DNA of 64,000 bases. Origin: Utricularia gibba. Its lineage: Eukaryota; Plantae; Magnoliophyta. A program made the position numbers and the translations under genes. The stretch is taken from the NCBI GenBank assembly GCA_002189035.1, contig NEEC01000007.1, positions 1-64,000 of the forward strand. Reading direction: 5' to 3'. Every line of letters starts with the position of its first letter. The stretch's first letter is position 1. Shown here one piece after another: positions 1 through 13,660 of the stretch. Below the pieces are notes generated by a model that worked only from the letters and a program-made list of their open reading frames with translations, did no database searches and was not told the DNA's origin.

Positions 1-530
1 CCCTAAACCCTAAACCCTAAACCCTAAACCCTAAACCCTAAACCCTAAACCCTAAACCCTAAACCCTAAACCCTAAAACCCTAAACCCTAAACCCTAAAC
101 CTAAACCCTAAACCTAAACCCTAAACCCTAAACCCTAAACCCTAAACCCTAAACCTAAACCCTAAACCCTAAACCCTAAACCCTAAACCTAAAACCCTAA
201 ACCCTAAACCCTAAACCCTAAACCCTAAACCCTAAACCCTAAACCCTAAACCCTAAACCCTAAACCCTGAACCCTGAACCCTAAACTGAACCCTAAACCC
301 TAAACCCTAAACCCTAAACCCTAAACCCTAAACCCTAAACCCTAAACCCTGAACCCTAACCCCTAAACCCTAAACCCTAAACCCTAAACCCGAAACCCTG
401 ATCCCTGAACCCGAAACCCTTAACCCTAAACCCTAAACCCTAAACCCTAAACCCGTAACCCTGAACCCTAAACCCGAAACCCTTAATCCTAAAACCATGA
501 ATCCAACACCCGAGACCCTAATTATTAATC
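1..530 (+). repeat. Telomeric repeat array (CCCTAAA)n, the C-rich strand of the plant TTTAGGG telomere; degenerate proximally
   Basis: Near-perfect CCCTAAA tandem units from base 1 to ~264. They are then interspersed with CCCTGAA, CCCGAAA, CCTTAA and CCGTAA variants, fading out by ~500-530. The orientation is the one expected at a chromosome 5' end. Confidence 0.98.
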
Positions 531-1138
531 CTCTTATGTAAACCGTAAACGCTGAACTGTATTCTATGATCCCCAAAAGCTAGATAATGAGATTATGCTG
601 AGGTGTTGGGGAATTCAAGAATCACGTTCACATCGACATGGAAGTCTCGAAGTACAATGTCATGTCATGTTGACCACTTTGTAACTCCATGACATCTTTG
701 GAGCTCCGAGCTTTAATCGTGCGATTGGGCTTTTATGACTTATTGTGAACGACTTAGAACGAGATTCGAAACATAATGTTATGGGAAGTGTAATCATGAA
801 AAAATGGGTTATAGAAATTCAGTCTGCGATGGAGGAGCTCCTCCGTCAAAGGGTCAGAAGCCCAAGGTTGAGAAGCTTCGGTGTTACCCATAATTGTGAG
901 AAGCCCAATGTTGTGTAGTTTCATATATATAACAATCGAGGAAACCTCTGTCGACAGAAACAACACTTCCACAGGGCGTGTTATCCTTGTATTGGACCCC
1001 CATTGTGAATTCAAATTTTCATTTCCTAACGAGGGGTGGTTCTCTCAAAATTGCATCAGAAAAAATCGAAATCTGAAGAGTTTCTCCTCCATCGCAAATC
1101 CCAGAGTTGGGACTCGAAGGCATCTTCAACCACGCCCA

Positions 1139-3235
1139 ATGTCAGCCCATGGCAACGCTTTTTACAAGGATCTATTTTCTTCTCTTGTTTCAGACATCAA
1201 GTCGTATAACGGAAATGACCCTCTCCTCCCTTGGATCCGGTATTCTTTTTATCAGACTTTGTAGTTTCTGTTGGTTAGGTTTGCCTTTGGAGTTTATGTT
1301 TCTTTGATTTGGCTTGCTCCTCGCGAGTAGTGGGATCAAGAAGATGAAAGAGACGCTGCCTCCCCAGCTTCTGAAACAGAAACTTCCGCGATTTCTTCAG
1401 AGATGCACTAAGACTTTCCTCGCTGATCATCGTTACTCTAATGATTTGCGTTACCTTCGTGTTTGGTTGCAATTGGTAATTTTTTCTTTTTTGTGCTAGT
1501 TTGCTGTTGTAGAGCTTATGCTTGTCTAAATAGCAATCAATCAGCGTCACTTGCGGGCTTATTTTCTATTTCCCATCCCAAAAGAAATTTGGAATATGCC
1601 CCTCCGGGTATTTTATTTCAATATATCTGATTCAGAAAATGTGAGCTCTTGGCTCCTTGAAAAGACGCCTGTTACTGAAAGAGCTCCGGAAAGAGAATGA
1701 TTACTATCTGATTTTTCTTTTCTACGAACTTGTAGATGGATTTTGTTGATGATCCAAAAGAAATTTTGGCAACAATGGAGGTGAATCACGTAGGAATGAG
1801 GACGCCCCTGTTTTACCAGGCTTATGCACTCTATTTCGAAAAACTGAAGAATTTTGATGCAGCTGAACGGATTTACCATTTGGGAATTCGAAAGTAAAGC
1901 CCTCAGTTCAACGCGCCTGAAATTTGAGTTTAATCATTCTCAGCATCGATGGACAATACTGAAGCACAGTTTTCCTGTTTTTCTGTCCTTTACATCTACG
2001 TTGCTTTATCCTGAGCATTGCTTGTGAACTTTAAATAAAACAGACAGTTGACTGATTTGACTCTTTTGTAGCCTTGCGCAGCCAGCTGAGGAGTTGCAAA
2101 GGTCTTACGAGCAGTTTCTCCAGCGTAAGAGACAACACGATATTAAGAAGCTTCAGGTTGATTTCTATGTTAATATCAGGCCTCATAACTCATCCTACTT
2201 GCTAATCCATGTTAATGACAGGTAGGGAAGAGAAACAGTGTAATCTGGAATCAAGAATCATTTAAATACAATAATGAGAGATCTAGCGCGGAAGTCCAGT
2301 TTGTCCAAACATGGAATCAAGACCTTTCATCCCAAGGACATGCTGAACTTCCCAAACGTGATTGCCTGGGGACAAAACAATGCAGTGAAGGAGCCAGGAA
2401 CACAGTAAACCGTATGCTTACCAGTAAAGGACATGGTGATGAGAGGGTAGAGTCCAAATTTGAGCTGTCAAGGGAGATGCTGCTTGAGGATTCATCTAAA
2501 CAAGTCAAAAGTTATGATCCTAATATGCCTTGGACTGCACCATTTGAAATATATGTAGATCTTGCGGACACCAATTGTGGTAAGGGAGACGACCGCAAGA
2601 AACCTATATTAGCTGAAAAATCAAGCACTGCTGCATCGTCTAGTCAAGCTTCTTCGTGGGTTAGACCACTGCATGGCGCACTGAATTTCTCTAAAGATAT
2701 GAATACGAGGAAGGGGAGTCAAGCTAGATTTGGCGAAGATACTGTTGTTTGCAGGTTTGTAGGGTCTACCATATCTGAGGAACAAGAGGTGGAGAATATT
2801 TGGCACCACGGCCTCATAGATCCAACTGTTAATTTGAAGGAGGCCATGGAAGATATTAACAGCATGTTTGGTAAGTCAATTGAATTCACTAGGAAAACCA
2901 GGCGGAAAAAGCATGATAAATCATCTGATACACAAGGGAGACATGAAGAATTTCTGATACTTCCTGATGATGAATCAAACGATGGAAAGATTGAGGATAG
3001 AATCAATGGCATTGTACAAAAACAGCATAGCAATGAAACTAAACTTGATACTGGGAAACAACACGAAATGATGGATGAGCAATCAGATTTTCTGGTAGTC
3101 CCTTGTCATGAGTTAGATAAACAAGTGCACAAATCACATACTCTAGAGGGAAGTGACATGCTAGAACAAACTGTTCATACAAAGGAGGCCCTTGCTGAAA
3201 TCAACAAATTATTTGCAATGCCAGTTGATTTCTGA
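1139..3235 (+). CDS. BMF3: Spindle assembly checkpoint protein MAD3.2/BMF3 (BUB1/MAD3 family, no kinase domain); 5 exons
   Basis: Exons with GT-AG introns at ~1139-1239, 1331-1475, 1736-1893, 2071-2156 and 2222-3235. They splice to MSAHGNAFYKDLFSSLVSDIKSYNGNDPLLPWIRGIKKMKETLP...RYSNDLRYLRVWLQLMDFVDDPK...LFYQAYALYFEK (Mad3/BUB1 TPR region). The C-terminal EDTVVCRFVGSTI...HHGLIDPTVNLKEAMEDINSMFG motif is characteristic of the Arabidopsis MAD3.2/BMF3 clade. Confidence 0.9.
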
Positions 3236-3849
3236 GATTTGGTAAGTTAAAACGTCCCTTGATCCCATCAAGCTCTGTATTTTTCTCTTCTGTTGAAGAT
3301 GCTGTGTTCTAAAATCCTCTTTGTATTCATCTTTGCGTTCTGTAGGATATCACAAAATCAAGTCCTGCAAACACTTGGCAGCTGGAAGGGCACAATCTCC
3401 TGATAGACGACCATTTGGATGTAGGCTTGCTTTACCAGGTACTAAGATCACCATTGTTGAGATAGGAAAGGACTGATTGTCTGTACTGAACAAAGGGTGG
3501 CCTTGGTTTTTCTATCTTTTGCGTATGTTTTCTCTATGGCTTTCATTGACGGTCCCGGTGGCCGTGTAAATGCTTGACATTGACATCAGGAAGGCAAGTT
3601 TCCGGTGCCTGCAATTTTTCAAAGAGCAAAGAACATGCATTTTTAATAAGCAAGCACTAACAAAAATGATTTCCTTTGGCCGACAAGATCCTAGACTATA
3701 CAATGGTCAGCGGTTTCTCTATCATCTTTTCACAAGTACTGTTTTTTGAAGGTGTTTATGCTGCCCTGTGAATAACTTTCGAGGCACTTATGTTCATTGT
3801 TCACAGGCAGTTAACAAACCAATTTGATTTAGGAAACTGGAAATGCATT

Positions 3850-6800
3850 TTACAGGCCTTCCAGGTCGACTAGCCAATGAGGCGATGATTTTGGCATCGC
3901 TCCATCCGGTGTTATACCTGTAATTTCTCTCAATCTCGTGCATACTTCACTCATAGGTGGTCGGTGTGTCGACCGGGGGTGAGCGCACATCTTGATGACC
4001 TCTCCTATTTTTCGAATTTGATCCTCTTCGTATGTTTCCAGACTTGGGTCAACCATCTCTTTCAGATCCTCCACTCCTCCGCCGTCTTCAAGAAAATCAC
4101 TAGGGCATATGATCTTCCCAGTTATCAACTCAAAGAGTAACATACCAAAGCTAAAGACGTTGCTTTCCATGCTCACGCCTCCATAAGCTCTGTCCCAAAG
4201 GATGAAATCTGATACTTTTGCAGCATAATCCTCAGTTAGATAAACAGCAGAAGAGGTCAGTTTTGCGTGGGCTAATGGTGGCTGAAGTTGGTGCATGTGG
4301 TCAAGACAGTAAGCAGTTCCCATTGCTATCCGCAACCGCATTGGCCAGTTCAACCGTTCCGATTCTTTGACTGTGGAGTCTAATTAATGCAAATTAGAAC
4401 TTATGATGAAGGTAAACTCATGCCACATAAATGTTCATGCACTCACCGTGTAGGTGCTCGAACAGGGTCCCGTTTGAGGCGTACTCAAAAACAAGCATTC
4501 TACCATAAGGCACCTCTTCCTCACAGTAACCAAGAAGATTGATGAAATTTTCGTGGCTCACTTTTGAAAGCGTTGCTATCTTGGTTCAGAGAGAGAGAGA
4601 GAAAGAGAGAAATTAGCAAGCCACTATACACAAAATAATAAGATTCATGCTATGTCACTAGTGTACCTTTTTCCTGAACTGGGAATCAAAATAACTTGAC
4701 AATTTCCCTGATGATGTTAGAACAACGGATGAGACTGCTACTTCAACTCCTGTGCGTAGCGTACCTTTATACAGGGTACAAGATGAGAATGAGCCAATCA
4801 CATTGCTGAAGCCCTCACAAGCATCCTCAATATCCCTTATATTGCACTTAGAGACTCCTGATCAAACATACGAACTAATCAATTTTTTGATACTTGGTGA
4901 GGATAGGGGAAGAAGATGACTACCATTAAAATCTTCTTTCTGCAGCAAGCCACTAAACCCTTTAATCCATGGATTGGCAGAGGAAACCCTTCTTCTATGG
5001 ACCAATAAAATACTGACAACTAGAAGAAACATTAGAGGAGCGCCAATGGCTGCAATCATTATGATGCTAGGTTGCATCCTAGAATCACGGGCTGATCTCC
5101 CTTGTTTTTCTGGGCCAGAAGGTAGAGATTGAATGGGAGGAATTGGTGTAGATAGAACCAAAGAAGGAGAAGGTGCAGAAGCCGGGGATAAAAATGAATT
5201 TGAATGTGAAAAAGGGGCTGGACTTGGTGACAGAGGATAAAATGATCGAAATTGTGGAAGAGATGTTCTCAGGGAGAACAAATGCATTGCTGGAGTATTT
5301 GTATTCTCATAGGATTTTTTCTCTAGCAATGATCTTCCTACGAAATGTTTTACTTCACCTGAACTCCTGTAAAGCAATCAGATATCAAAAACTCAAAGAC
5401 AAGATGGTGAACTTCAACAATAAAAACCACTAAATGAGGCTTTAACAAAAGGCCCATTAAGGTGAAGCATTGGATAACTTTGATCATAACAAGAACTTCA
5501 TGCATATTAATATTCGCGAACAGGTGTGATGAAACAGCACGCACGTTATCAATTTTGTCATCACCAAAGCAATTACTGAGCTAAATAAAGAATCTAAACA
5601 CTAAATGTTAAAACACTTAGTTGGCCATCATAGCTCTTGTCCATCAAATACGAAATAGCAAACTCGATCTGAGAAAAACAACTTGCTTCAAGATTCATAC
5701 ATGAACAACTCCATAAAAGAGGATCTTTTCTGCTGGATCATCTTATTCGTGAACTTATTTAATGAAGATTGATTGATTAGCAAAAGTCTTGATTGGTTTA
5801 CCATGAGGTTAATAATCTAATGTAACTCAATGACCATTTTACATCTGACGAAAACACCTTGCTTGGTTGGACTTCAGGTAATAGTTGACTATGGATGTCA
5901 GGGCATGTGCGGGAGAGAAGCTCATTGTTGTCTAGCAAACTGCAAGAGAGCTGACTTATTAGGCACGAGGAAACAGCTCTAAATATACAATAAAAAATAT
6001 GGTGTAACTCACAGAATTGTTGGTGCAAAATTTTGAGCACGGGGATGGCAAGGAAACTGACCACTGAAATGATTATAACTGATATCCAGGACCTCTAAAT
6101 CTGTTAATGTTTGAATGCCTTCAGGAATGGTTCCGGAAAAGGAATTATTGCGCAAGATTCTGCAAAAACATCATGGTTAACGTAACTGTGTGAAGAAATT
6201 CAAATGCATACGCAGTTACAATACCATGGAACTGAAAATAGGGGACCATGAATCATACAAGCACTTAATATGAGTAAGTTTAATGATATCTGGTGCAAGA
6301 GTCCCCATCAAACATAGATGCTTGAGGTTCCTGCAGATAGTGAGAGATTATGAGTTTATAATGATGGCCTTCACAGAGCGAGCAACCTTAAGTTCTTAGC
6401 AAAACTTAGAGCCTCCTTAAATTATCATTTGGAGAAAACAACATGGAGTGAAAAACGATCAGACAATATGAATTCTTTGGAAGCGGCGGTTAAGGAAAAA
6501 TCAAAGACAGAAGCTCACAAGACAACAACGAATCCTTCTGATGAACACTCGACACCGGACCAGGAACAAGGACCATCCGATCCTACCTGGTCAAGCCAAT
6601 CTGACAAAGCACCATACGGATCGGCCAAAATTCTTTCTTTAAATCTAAGCAACGCCACGCCTGAAGAAAATAAATAGAAAATCGGATTCACCAGTTTTGC
6701 CTCCAACCAGGAAACAGCAGTGCATAGAAAGATGATCGTACTGTACCCTCATCATTGAGAGAGCAGCAGAAACTCAACTGCAACACATAAAAAAAGCTGG

Positions 6801-6855
6801 CGAAAACCGCAAGTGCCAGCAAACGACGACTCCCAGATGTCCAAAATCCGGTCAT
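3850..6855 (-). CDS. LRR receptor-like pseudokinase of the MDIS/MRH1/At2g40270 family; multi-exon
   Basis: Signal peptide MTGFWTSG...SLNDEG, an LRR N-cap (CSWSGVEC), LRR exons, a Ser/Pro-rich juxtamembrane region and a TM helix (IIMIAAIGAPLMFLLVVSILLV). The kinase fold has EDACEGFSNVIG, GTLFEHLH and WPMRLRIAMGTAYCLDHMH. HRD is replaced by AHA and DFG by DFI, predicting an inactive kinase. Confidence 0.85.
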
Positions 6856-7942
6856 TTCGTGAGAACTAAGATTATAATTGGAAGGAATCACAAAAAATGT
6901 ACAGAAAAAGGTGAAGCCACGGGATGGAGAATGTTGACGATCACAGTTTCAAATTATCTCAAGAAAATAGTACACAGATTGATAAAAAAACAATCAAAAA
7001 GAATAATAACAAACTAAAAATATTGAGGGAGGTGAAGAAGAAGGAAGCATGGTGATGGCGTTAAGCATAGTTGACTAGTAAAGAGCGCGGTTACTTGATG
7101 CGATTAAAGAACTAGAATTGTGAGAAGACTGACCGGACCGGGTCTTCAGACGCGCAAGCCCGAGCGCATACAGAGAAACTTTTTATTTGACTGGAAGAGC
7201 CACCCTCTATCTTTGCGCGTGTCGGAAGCATCAAAGAACTAGTCCTATCAACCTCGGGAAGATGGGCATTCCATTTTTTTTTCCATTTAGTCCACATTGT
7301 GTTTTATATAAAACTATTATTACTTACATATTGCGTGGTTTAAAAATTGTATTTCTTGTTAGATCATCAAGAGCCTAAACCTCGCCTTAAATGCATATAT
7401 TGATCCACATTCCACAGATAAACCGAATCAGTTCGGTTTCAACTTTCAAAAAGTTTTGATCAAAATTAAAAAAAAATCAAACTGATTAGCCTTCCTAATT
7501 ATCAGTTTGCAAAAACGCATCTTTTTTGTTTGCAGTGAAGGAATATAAAACAAAGACAAAAGGTGGGTTGGGAGAAAGGAGAATTGTATGATAAACTTGG
7601 CTGTGTTCTAGAGAAGAACAAGTCATATATCATCCATACAAATATTTTTACAATAAATAACGTAGGTAAAAAATCACTCCTCAATTCACGCTTATCTTGA
7701 TTCATGCAACTCTCCAAAGATCCCTTGAAACATGTTCGATTACTCTTGCAACGATCAATATTTGCATAGTATGCCTCCAACACCAACCATACTCACTCCA
7801 TAATATATCCAGCCTACAATTTCTTCTCTTTCCCATCCATCCTTATCCCACCTTGGGCCAGGTGGCATGTATTGGTGCCTAAGATACAGCTCGCAGATTA
7901 TCTTGTTCATCTAGGGACTGTTTCCTGATTGTAGGAGATTAT

Positions 7943-10586
7943 TTAAGCAACATCCCATTTGACGTCATGATCGCCAGGTAGAGTTGCCCCGCCTGTGGGA
8001 TGTCCGGCTGCGGCAGCAGCAGCAGCACTAGAATCATCATGAACGGACTCATGGCTTACAACAACTGGCTTCATCATCCGGTTTCTCAGCTTCTCTGCAT
8101 CTAATCTTTGTTGTTGTATCACCATAACAGAGGCGGTGCTCCCAAAATCAGGCGAAGATAAGAGATCGCCCACCACTCCTAGCTCGGGACACTCACTCCA
8201 CACACCAAGTCCCACGAGTATCTGAGACGAATGGTGTGTTCTCCCAACAATCAACAAATCGTAGTGGTTCTCTATAGTTCTCAAGGATGATGCTAGCCCC
8301 ACCCCATCTTTGACGACTTGTTCTTGGTATATGAAGTTCTGGTTCTCCATGTTTGCTTGTCGAACCTCATCGATCAATTGGTTGTCAATTTTTCTTTCTC
8401 TGGCAGAATCGCAGCCGTAGAGTAGGTAGCGGATGATTGTGAGCATGACATTGCTGTGGGCTCCCATACGAGCAGCATAGCTGAGTGCTTCTGCGTCGTC
8501 TGGCCCACCTATATAAATTATAGCTACTTTGTAGATGGATTGTCTGTTGAGGAGGGACAAGGATTGGGTGAGGACACCCCTGTCAACAAGGATAGCAATA
8601 GAGCAAGGCGCTTTCTCCATGACTTTGATGTTCATGTTCTGAATGACCTTGTTTGTTGTCCCGATGGTACCGTCGATCTCCCAATGCTTGTGGAATGGTA
8701 GAATGACAATGGTGGCGTTCTGGTCCAACGCCAAACGGCAGATGTCATCGTGGATGATTTGCATGTGGGAGACGGCACTAAAGGACTGAACTGTGACGCA
8801 GCTCTCATTGCAGAGCTCGTATTGGCGGAGAGCATTAATGATGTGGCCTGATCTCGAGTTGTTGGGTTGCAAAGTGCGCGTCGATTGGTGGGCGACAAGC
8901 AAGTTGGTCGTTCGGCCTGCAAGCTCTTCCAGAACTACAGCGATGACAGCAATTGGACTTTCTTCTGTGGCATTTGAAGCCTCAAGGATGTTGATGATGG
9001 AAGGGATGCTATCCTGGTTTTGGATGCAGACCATGACTCGGAGCTCCATATCACGCTTGGAGTGCTGGATGGTTCTCCTTTTCAGAGGTACTCGACGTTT
9101 TGTTGGATCATACAACCATCGTATCAATGGCGTCATGATTGCGGTTACAAGCACCACCGACATCACGCACAGAGCAAACTCCTGATCCGTCAAAATCTGC
9201 CCACACAGGAAGCAAGCCCACAGTTTAAGCAAAGGGGACCTGGATAGATCCTGGGTACTATATTGATTTGGATTTGGATTGTTGTATTACCCCACCGTCC
9301 CTCCACAGGTTGTACATGAGAATTTCACAAATTCCTCTGACGTTGAGAATGAGCCCAATAATAATGGAGTCCTGCATGCGGATGTTGAGGAAGCGGCAAG
9401 CAAAGACAATGCCGCTAAGCTTGACAAGGCAAGAGAAGGAAATTATGACTACCATGATCACTAAGGATCGGGGACTAACGGTGAAGATATTTGTTTTTAA
9501 GCCACTAGTGGTGAGGAAGGTCGGATACAAAAATTTGCCCACCGGTAAATCCAGTTTGGAGACCATCGGCGAGCCCATTGTTGGGCCGTCGGGGATAATA
9601 AAACCGAAAATAACTGGCCCAAACGTAAAATGTTGGCCAATCACTTCCGAGAGTAGGCAAGCAACTAGTGTTCCGAAGAAGCAGAACAAGACATGATGTT
9701 CTCTTAGTGGTTTTCCTGCAGGCATTCTTCTCACCATCCTCCTTACGATGGGCTTAACTAGGTACCCCATGGCAACAACAAACAAAATGGTTGATCCTAT
9801 CGATAAAGCTGATCCATAGACCTCGAACTTGGACTGAATCAGCGCAAATATGATGCTGACCATACAGATGCCAACTGCGTCTGAGAGCATTGCGGTAGAG
9901 CTTGCAATGCGGCCCAATTCAGTGCTCGATAGTTTAAGCTCAACAAGAAGACAAGAAACGTTAGAAAATGGCGTCAGGCTCTGAGCCGCGGCTAGGTACG
10001 GTAAGGCCTTGGCTAAACTCTCATCCATGTCGACATAGGCTTTCAATATCAAGGACAGGGGCACCGTGAAAATCATGGTGATGAAAATGGCAGCTGTGGC
10101 CAGGACGAGGGATTGCCTCCCTGGTCGGACAAGCATTCTGGTATCCGTACGCAGCCCAATGGCGAAAAGAAAGAAAGTAATCCCAAAAGTGGCCAAGGTT
10201 TCCATGGTGACGACACTTCTGTTAGGAAATAAGCTGGACCCTAGGAGTCTTTCATGCCCTAGAAATGAAGGCCCGTATATCACGCCTCCCTGCGTAATGG
10301 GGATCCTTGTTAATTACTCTTTCAAGGATCGGAAATCAATTTATTCATAAAACAATGAAAAACAAATACTTACAAGAATATGGGCCACGATTGAGGATTG
10401 ACCTAGAGGATGGAGGAGAATTTCGATTACGAGAGAAGTTACGGTGATGATAGAAAGTTGCAACAGAAGAAGTGGGACACTGTATTCCAGTGGGTTCTTA
10501 TTCAGCCATAATCCAAAGGTGGCGATGTTGTCTCCATATTGGCACACGACAGCCTTGTCTCCGGTAGATACGTCGCCATCTGACAT
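7943..10586 (-). CDS. Cation/H+ exchanger (CHX family, CHX15-like); 3 exons
   Basis: NPLEYSVPLLLLQL, GGVIYGPS, multiple hydrophobic TM segments and GLILNVRGI in the Na+/H+ exchanger domain. The cytosolic C-terminal part has KAPCSIAILVDRG, IGGPDDAEALSYAARM and ECPELGVVGDLL. GT-AG introns at ~10373-10293 and ~9285-9205. Confidence 0.92.
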
Positions 10587-11812
10587 GTGAATTCGCCTCT
10601 CCTATTTCACCTTAATATTCCCCTACCTCACGGCCTTCTTCTAGTTTCCAACTTCTGTCGGTATATTGTTCTATCACACGGCAAATAGTCAGCATTCACA
10701 TGAGGAATGAGAGAAAGGTTTGCCTATATTTCTGGTGGTGTCAACAAATGTAGGGCTGTAAATTTGTTATATATATTTAGTAGCATTTCATTTCCTCCAT
10801 CCCCCTTTTTTTCTCTAACGTACGGATGGACTGGGCTTGACCTATATTCCCACACAACACAGCAACGCTATTTTATTTAATTAGTCTTGATATGATATCA
10901 TTGTCACACAGAAAAATTTTGTTAACTTCTTTCATATCATCAGTTCCTGCATGGCGTGCGTCTTAACCTACATAACGACTGGAACTCGTGATTTAGACGT
11001 TAATGCGTGTCTATAACCGAGTTCCAACAAAGATCAGCGCCACTGATTCCTTTGAATATGAATTTACACATTACCCATCCCACTGTCCCCGAGACCTTCC
11101 CTTCTAGGGTGCAGGGGTAGGCCCTAGAAGGAGTACTCCAGGACTGTATTATTCTTCTACTGCACTGCACCATGGAGAAATTGATGAAGCCTGTTAAAAA
11201 CTTCATCATCCAGGGGACGTTGGAGAGGTATGCGATAACCTGTTAATTTTTCTAGTTAATGGTAAAGATGATCACTATAATAAATAACTTTTGGGTCTAG
11301 GAAGTGTTTTAAAAAATAAATTTAGGATACAAGTCATTACACTTTTTTCCTTGTGTTACGATTTTCTTTCCTTCCACCCGTAGGTGTAGCAACGTTTTGA
11401 AACTAACTTTATTATCGTAAAATTAACTTTATCATAAATATGAAATGATAGTTGACTTGTAATAATTGATTTGCTAGAAGTGAATTTTCTAAACTTTCAA
11501 TATATAAGGCCAAATTCAATTCCCATTCAAATCATGAGATGCAACAAAATAAACTTCTTTTCGGTGGCCCTGCCCATTATCCGAGAAAGTTACTTTTTTC
11601 ATCCTCCTTTTTTGACGTTGCCCCTGTCCAAGTGCAAGTCCACCATTTAACGCATGACAGATCCCAAAAGCGACAACATGATTCACCGGTGAGAGTCACG
11701 GGAAAATGTGAACACACAAAGCTGCAAGCTGCACCTTGACCGGGACGAGGTTCATCTTCTTTGCTCGAAGAAACTGGCGAGTACGGAGTTGGAAATTACT
11801 TCACTGCCGATC

Positions 11813-13660
11813 ATGATCCTTCTTCTTTTTCTGATACTCTTCACCGCTTCCCCCACCGCGAGCCACTCTGTTTCTGATTACACTATTCTGATTCAAGAGG
11901 TCTGCCAGGCCTCCCGTGACCCTCCCACCTGTGTAGCTTCTGTTTCCGCTGTTCCACCCCAAAATGCCACCCTTGTTGGAGCCATCCTGTCCGCGCTGCG
12001 TGTTTCATCGCAGAATGGCGATATTGGTCGTGGAATGGTTCAGGATATCTTCGACTCGTCGGCAACCAATTTTAACCGCTCTAACGCTGCAAAATTGTGC
12101 CTCGAAGGGCTCCGTTACTCTGAGTACAGGACGAATTCAGCAGCTGAGGCGTTGTTAAGCGATGGAATCAAGGACGCGCGTTCATGGATGAGCGCCGCGT
12201 TGGGATATCAGTATGGTTGCTGGTCGGGGTTAAAGTATGTGAACGACACGGATCAAGTGGGGAAAGCGATGTCCTTCTTCAACTCCGACTTAATTATCTC
12301 TAGTACAAATGCCCTAGCAATGATGGTGAATTACGATATTTTTGGAGGTAAAACTGGTCTTTGGACCCCGCCCAAGACAGAACGCGATGGATTCTGGGAA
12401 CCGGTATCGGAATCCTCGGGCTCCCATCTTTTTGGAGGCGTGCCGGCTGCACTGAGTCCGGATGCGACTGTCTGCAAGAGCGGTGACTGCAACTATGTGA
12501 CTGTCCAGGAGGCGGTGAACTCTGCGCCTGATAATCTTCCTTCCAAGAACCGTTTCATTATACGGATAATGACTGGACTTTACGAAGAGATTGTTCGGGT
12601 TCCATTTGAAAAAAAAAATGTGGTGTTTTTGGGAGATGGTATGGGCAAGACTGTCATTACTGGATCCATGAGTGTTGGGCAGCCGGGGGTTACCACCTAT
12701 GATACTGCCACCGTAGGTAAATCTGGAATGGATTCTATAACGTCTCTTTGGTTACTGTTAATTGATTGCTTGTTTGATTCCTTGCGCTCAGCGTCATATT
12801 CCATCGCTCGCTTATCCCATGATACTCAGCGAATAATTTCACATGCGTCTATTTTCTCTTTTATTAGATGAATGCGCAATGACGTACACATCTTCACTCC
12901 TTCGATTTCTTTTTGCTAGATTATTGTCTTGCTGCTGTCTGTCTCTTGTAACTTAAAATTTTATCTTGATGAAGGTGTTGTTGGTGATGGTTTCATGGCC
13001 TATGGTCTCACAATCCAGAACACAGCAGGCCCTGAATTACACCAAGCTGTGGCGTTCCGGTCTAGCAGTGACCTTTCAATTATTGAAAACTGTGAGTTCA
13101 TTGGCAATCAAGACACCCTATACGCCCACAGCTTACGCCAGTACTACAAGTCATGCCGAATTCAAGGCAATGTTGATTTTATATTCGGAAACTCAGCAGC
13201 CTTGTTTCAAGACTGTACCATTCAGGTTTCCCCTCGCCAAATAACACCGGAGAAAGGCGAGACTAATGCAGTGACGGCTCATGGGAGAATCGATCCTGCA
13301 CAATCAACCGGCTTTGTATTCCACAATTGCTTGATCAATGGCACCGATTCCTACATGGCCCTATACCTGGCCAATCCTAGAGTACATAATAATTACTTGG
13401 GACGCCCTTGGAAAGAATACTCGAGAACGGTTTTCATCAGATGTACATTAGAGGTGCTCATAAGGCCTGAAGGATGGCTACCTTGGGGTGGCGATTTCGC
13501 TCTGAGAACGTTGTATTACGGAGAATTTGAGAATGCTGGGCTCGGATCTGATTCTTCACGGCGAGTAAGCTGGAGCAGCCGGATACCTGCGGAGCATGTC
13601 TTAACCTACTCGGTTCAGAATTTTCTTCAGGGAGATCAGTGGATCCCCACTGTACGTTGA
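11813..13660 (+). CDS. Pectinesterase with N-terminal PMEI pro-domain (PME51/PME64-like); 2 exons
   Basis: Signal peptide [14 protein letters not shown] and a PMEI domain with conserved cysteines. PME motifs [29 protein letters not shown] and [13 protein letters not shown]. One intron at ~12718-12974. Confidence 0.95.

Noticed and set aside
754-1138. ORFs 754..1014(-) and the 5' extension of 881..1264(+)
   Set aside because: No recognisable homology. The BMF3 similarity begins only at the ATG at 1139.
4587-4610. (GA)n microsatellite in an intron of the LRR pseudokinase; similar (TC)n at ~50537-50557 and (GCCCT)n at ~50243-50263
   Set aside because: Ordinary short simple repeats with no sign of special function.
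8011-8032. (GCA)n encoding a poly-Ala run in the CHX C-terminal tail
   Set aside because: Common trinucleotide slippage in a disordered tail.
8456-9696. Long antisense ORFs inside CHX, and similar ones inside the expansin, STP, SNX2 and SMC2 genes
   Set aside because: Expected shadow ORFs opposite GC-balanced coding exons, with no independent homology.
11000-11209. Minus-strand ORF with a GWVMCK motif faintly like a LINE RNase H start
   Set aside because: Similarity is too short and weak, with no other retroelement features.
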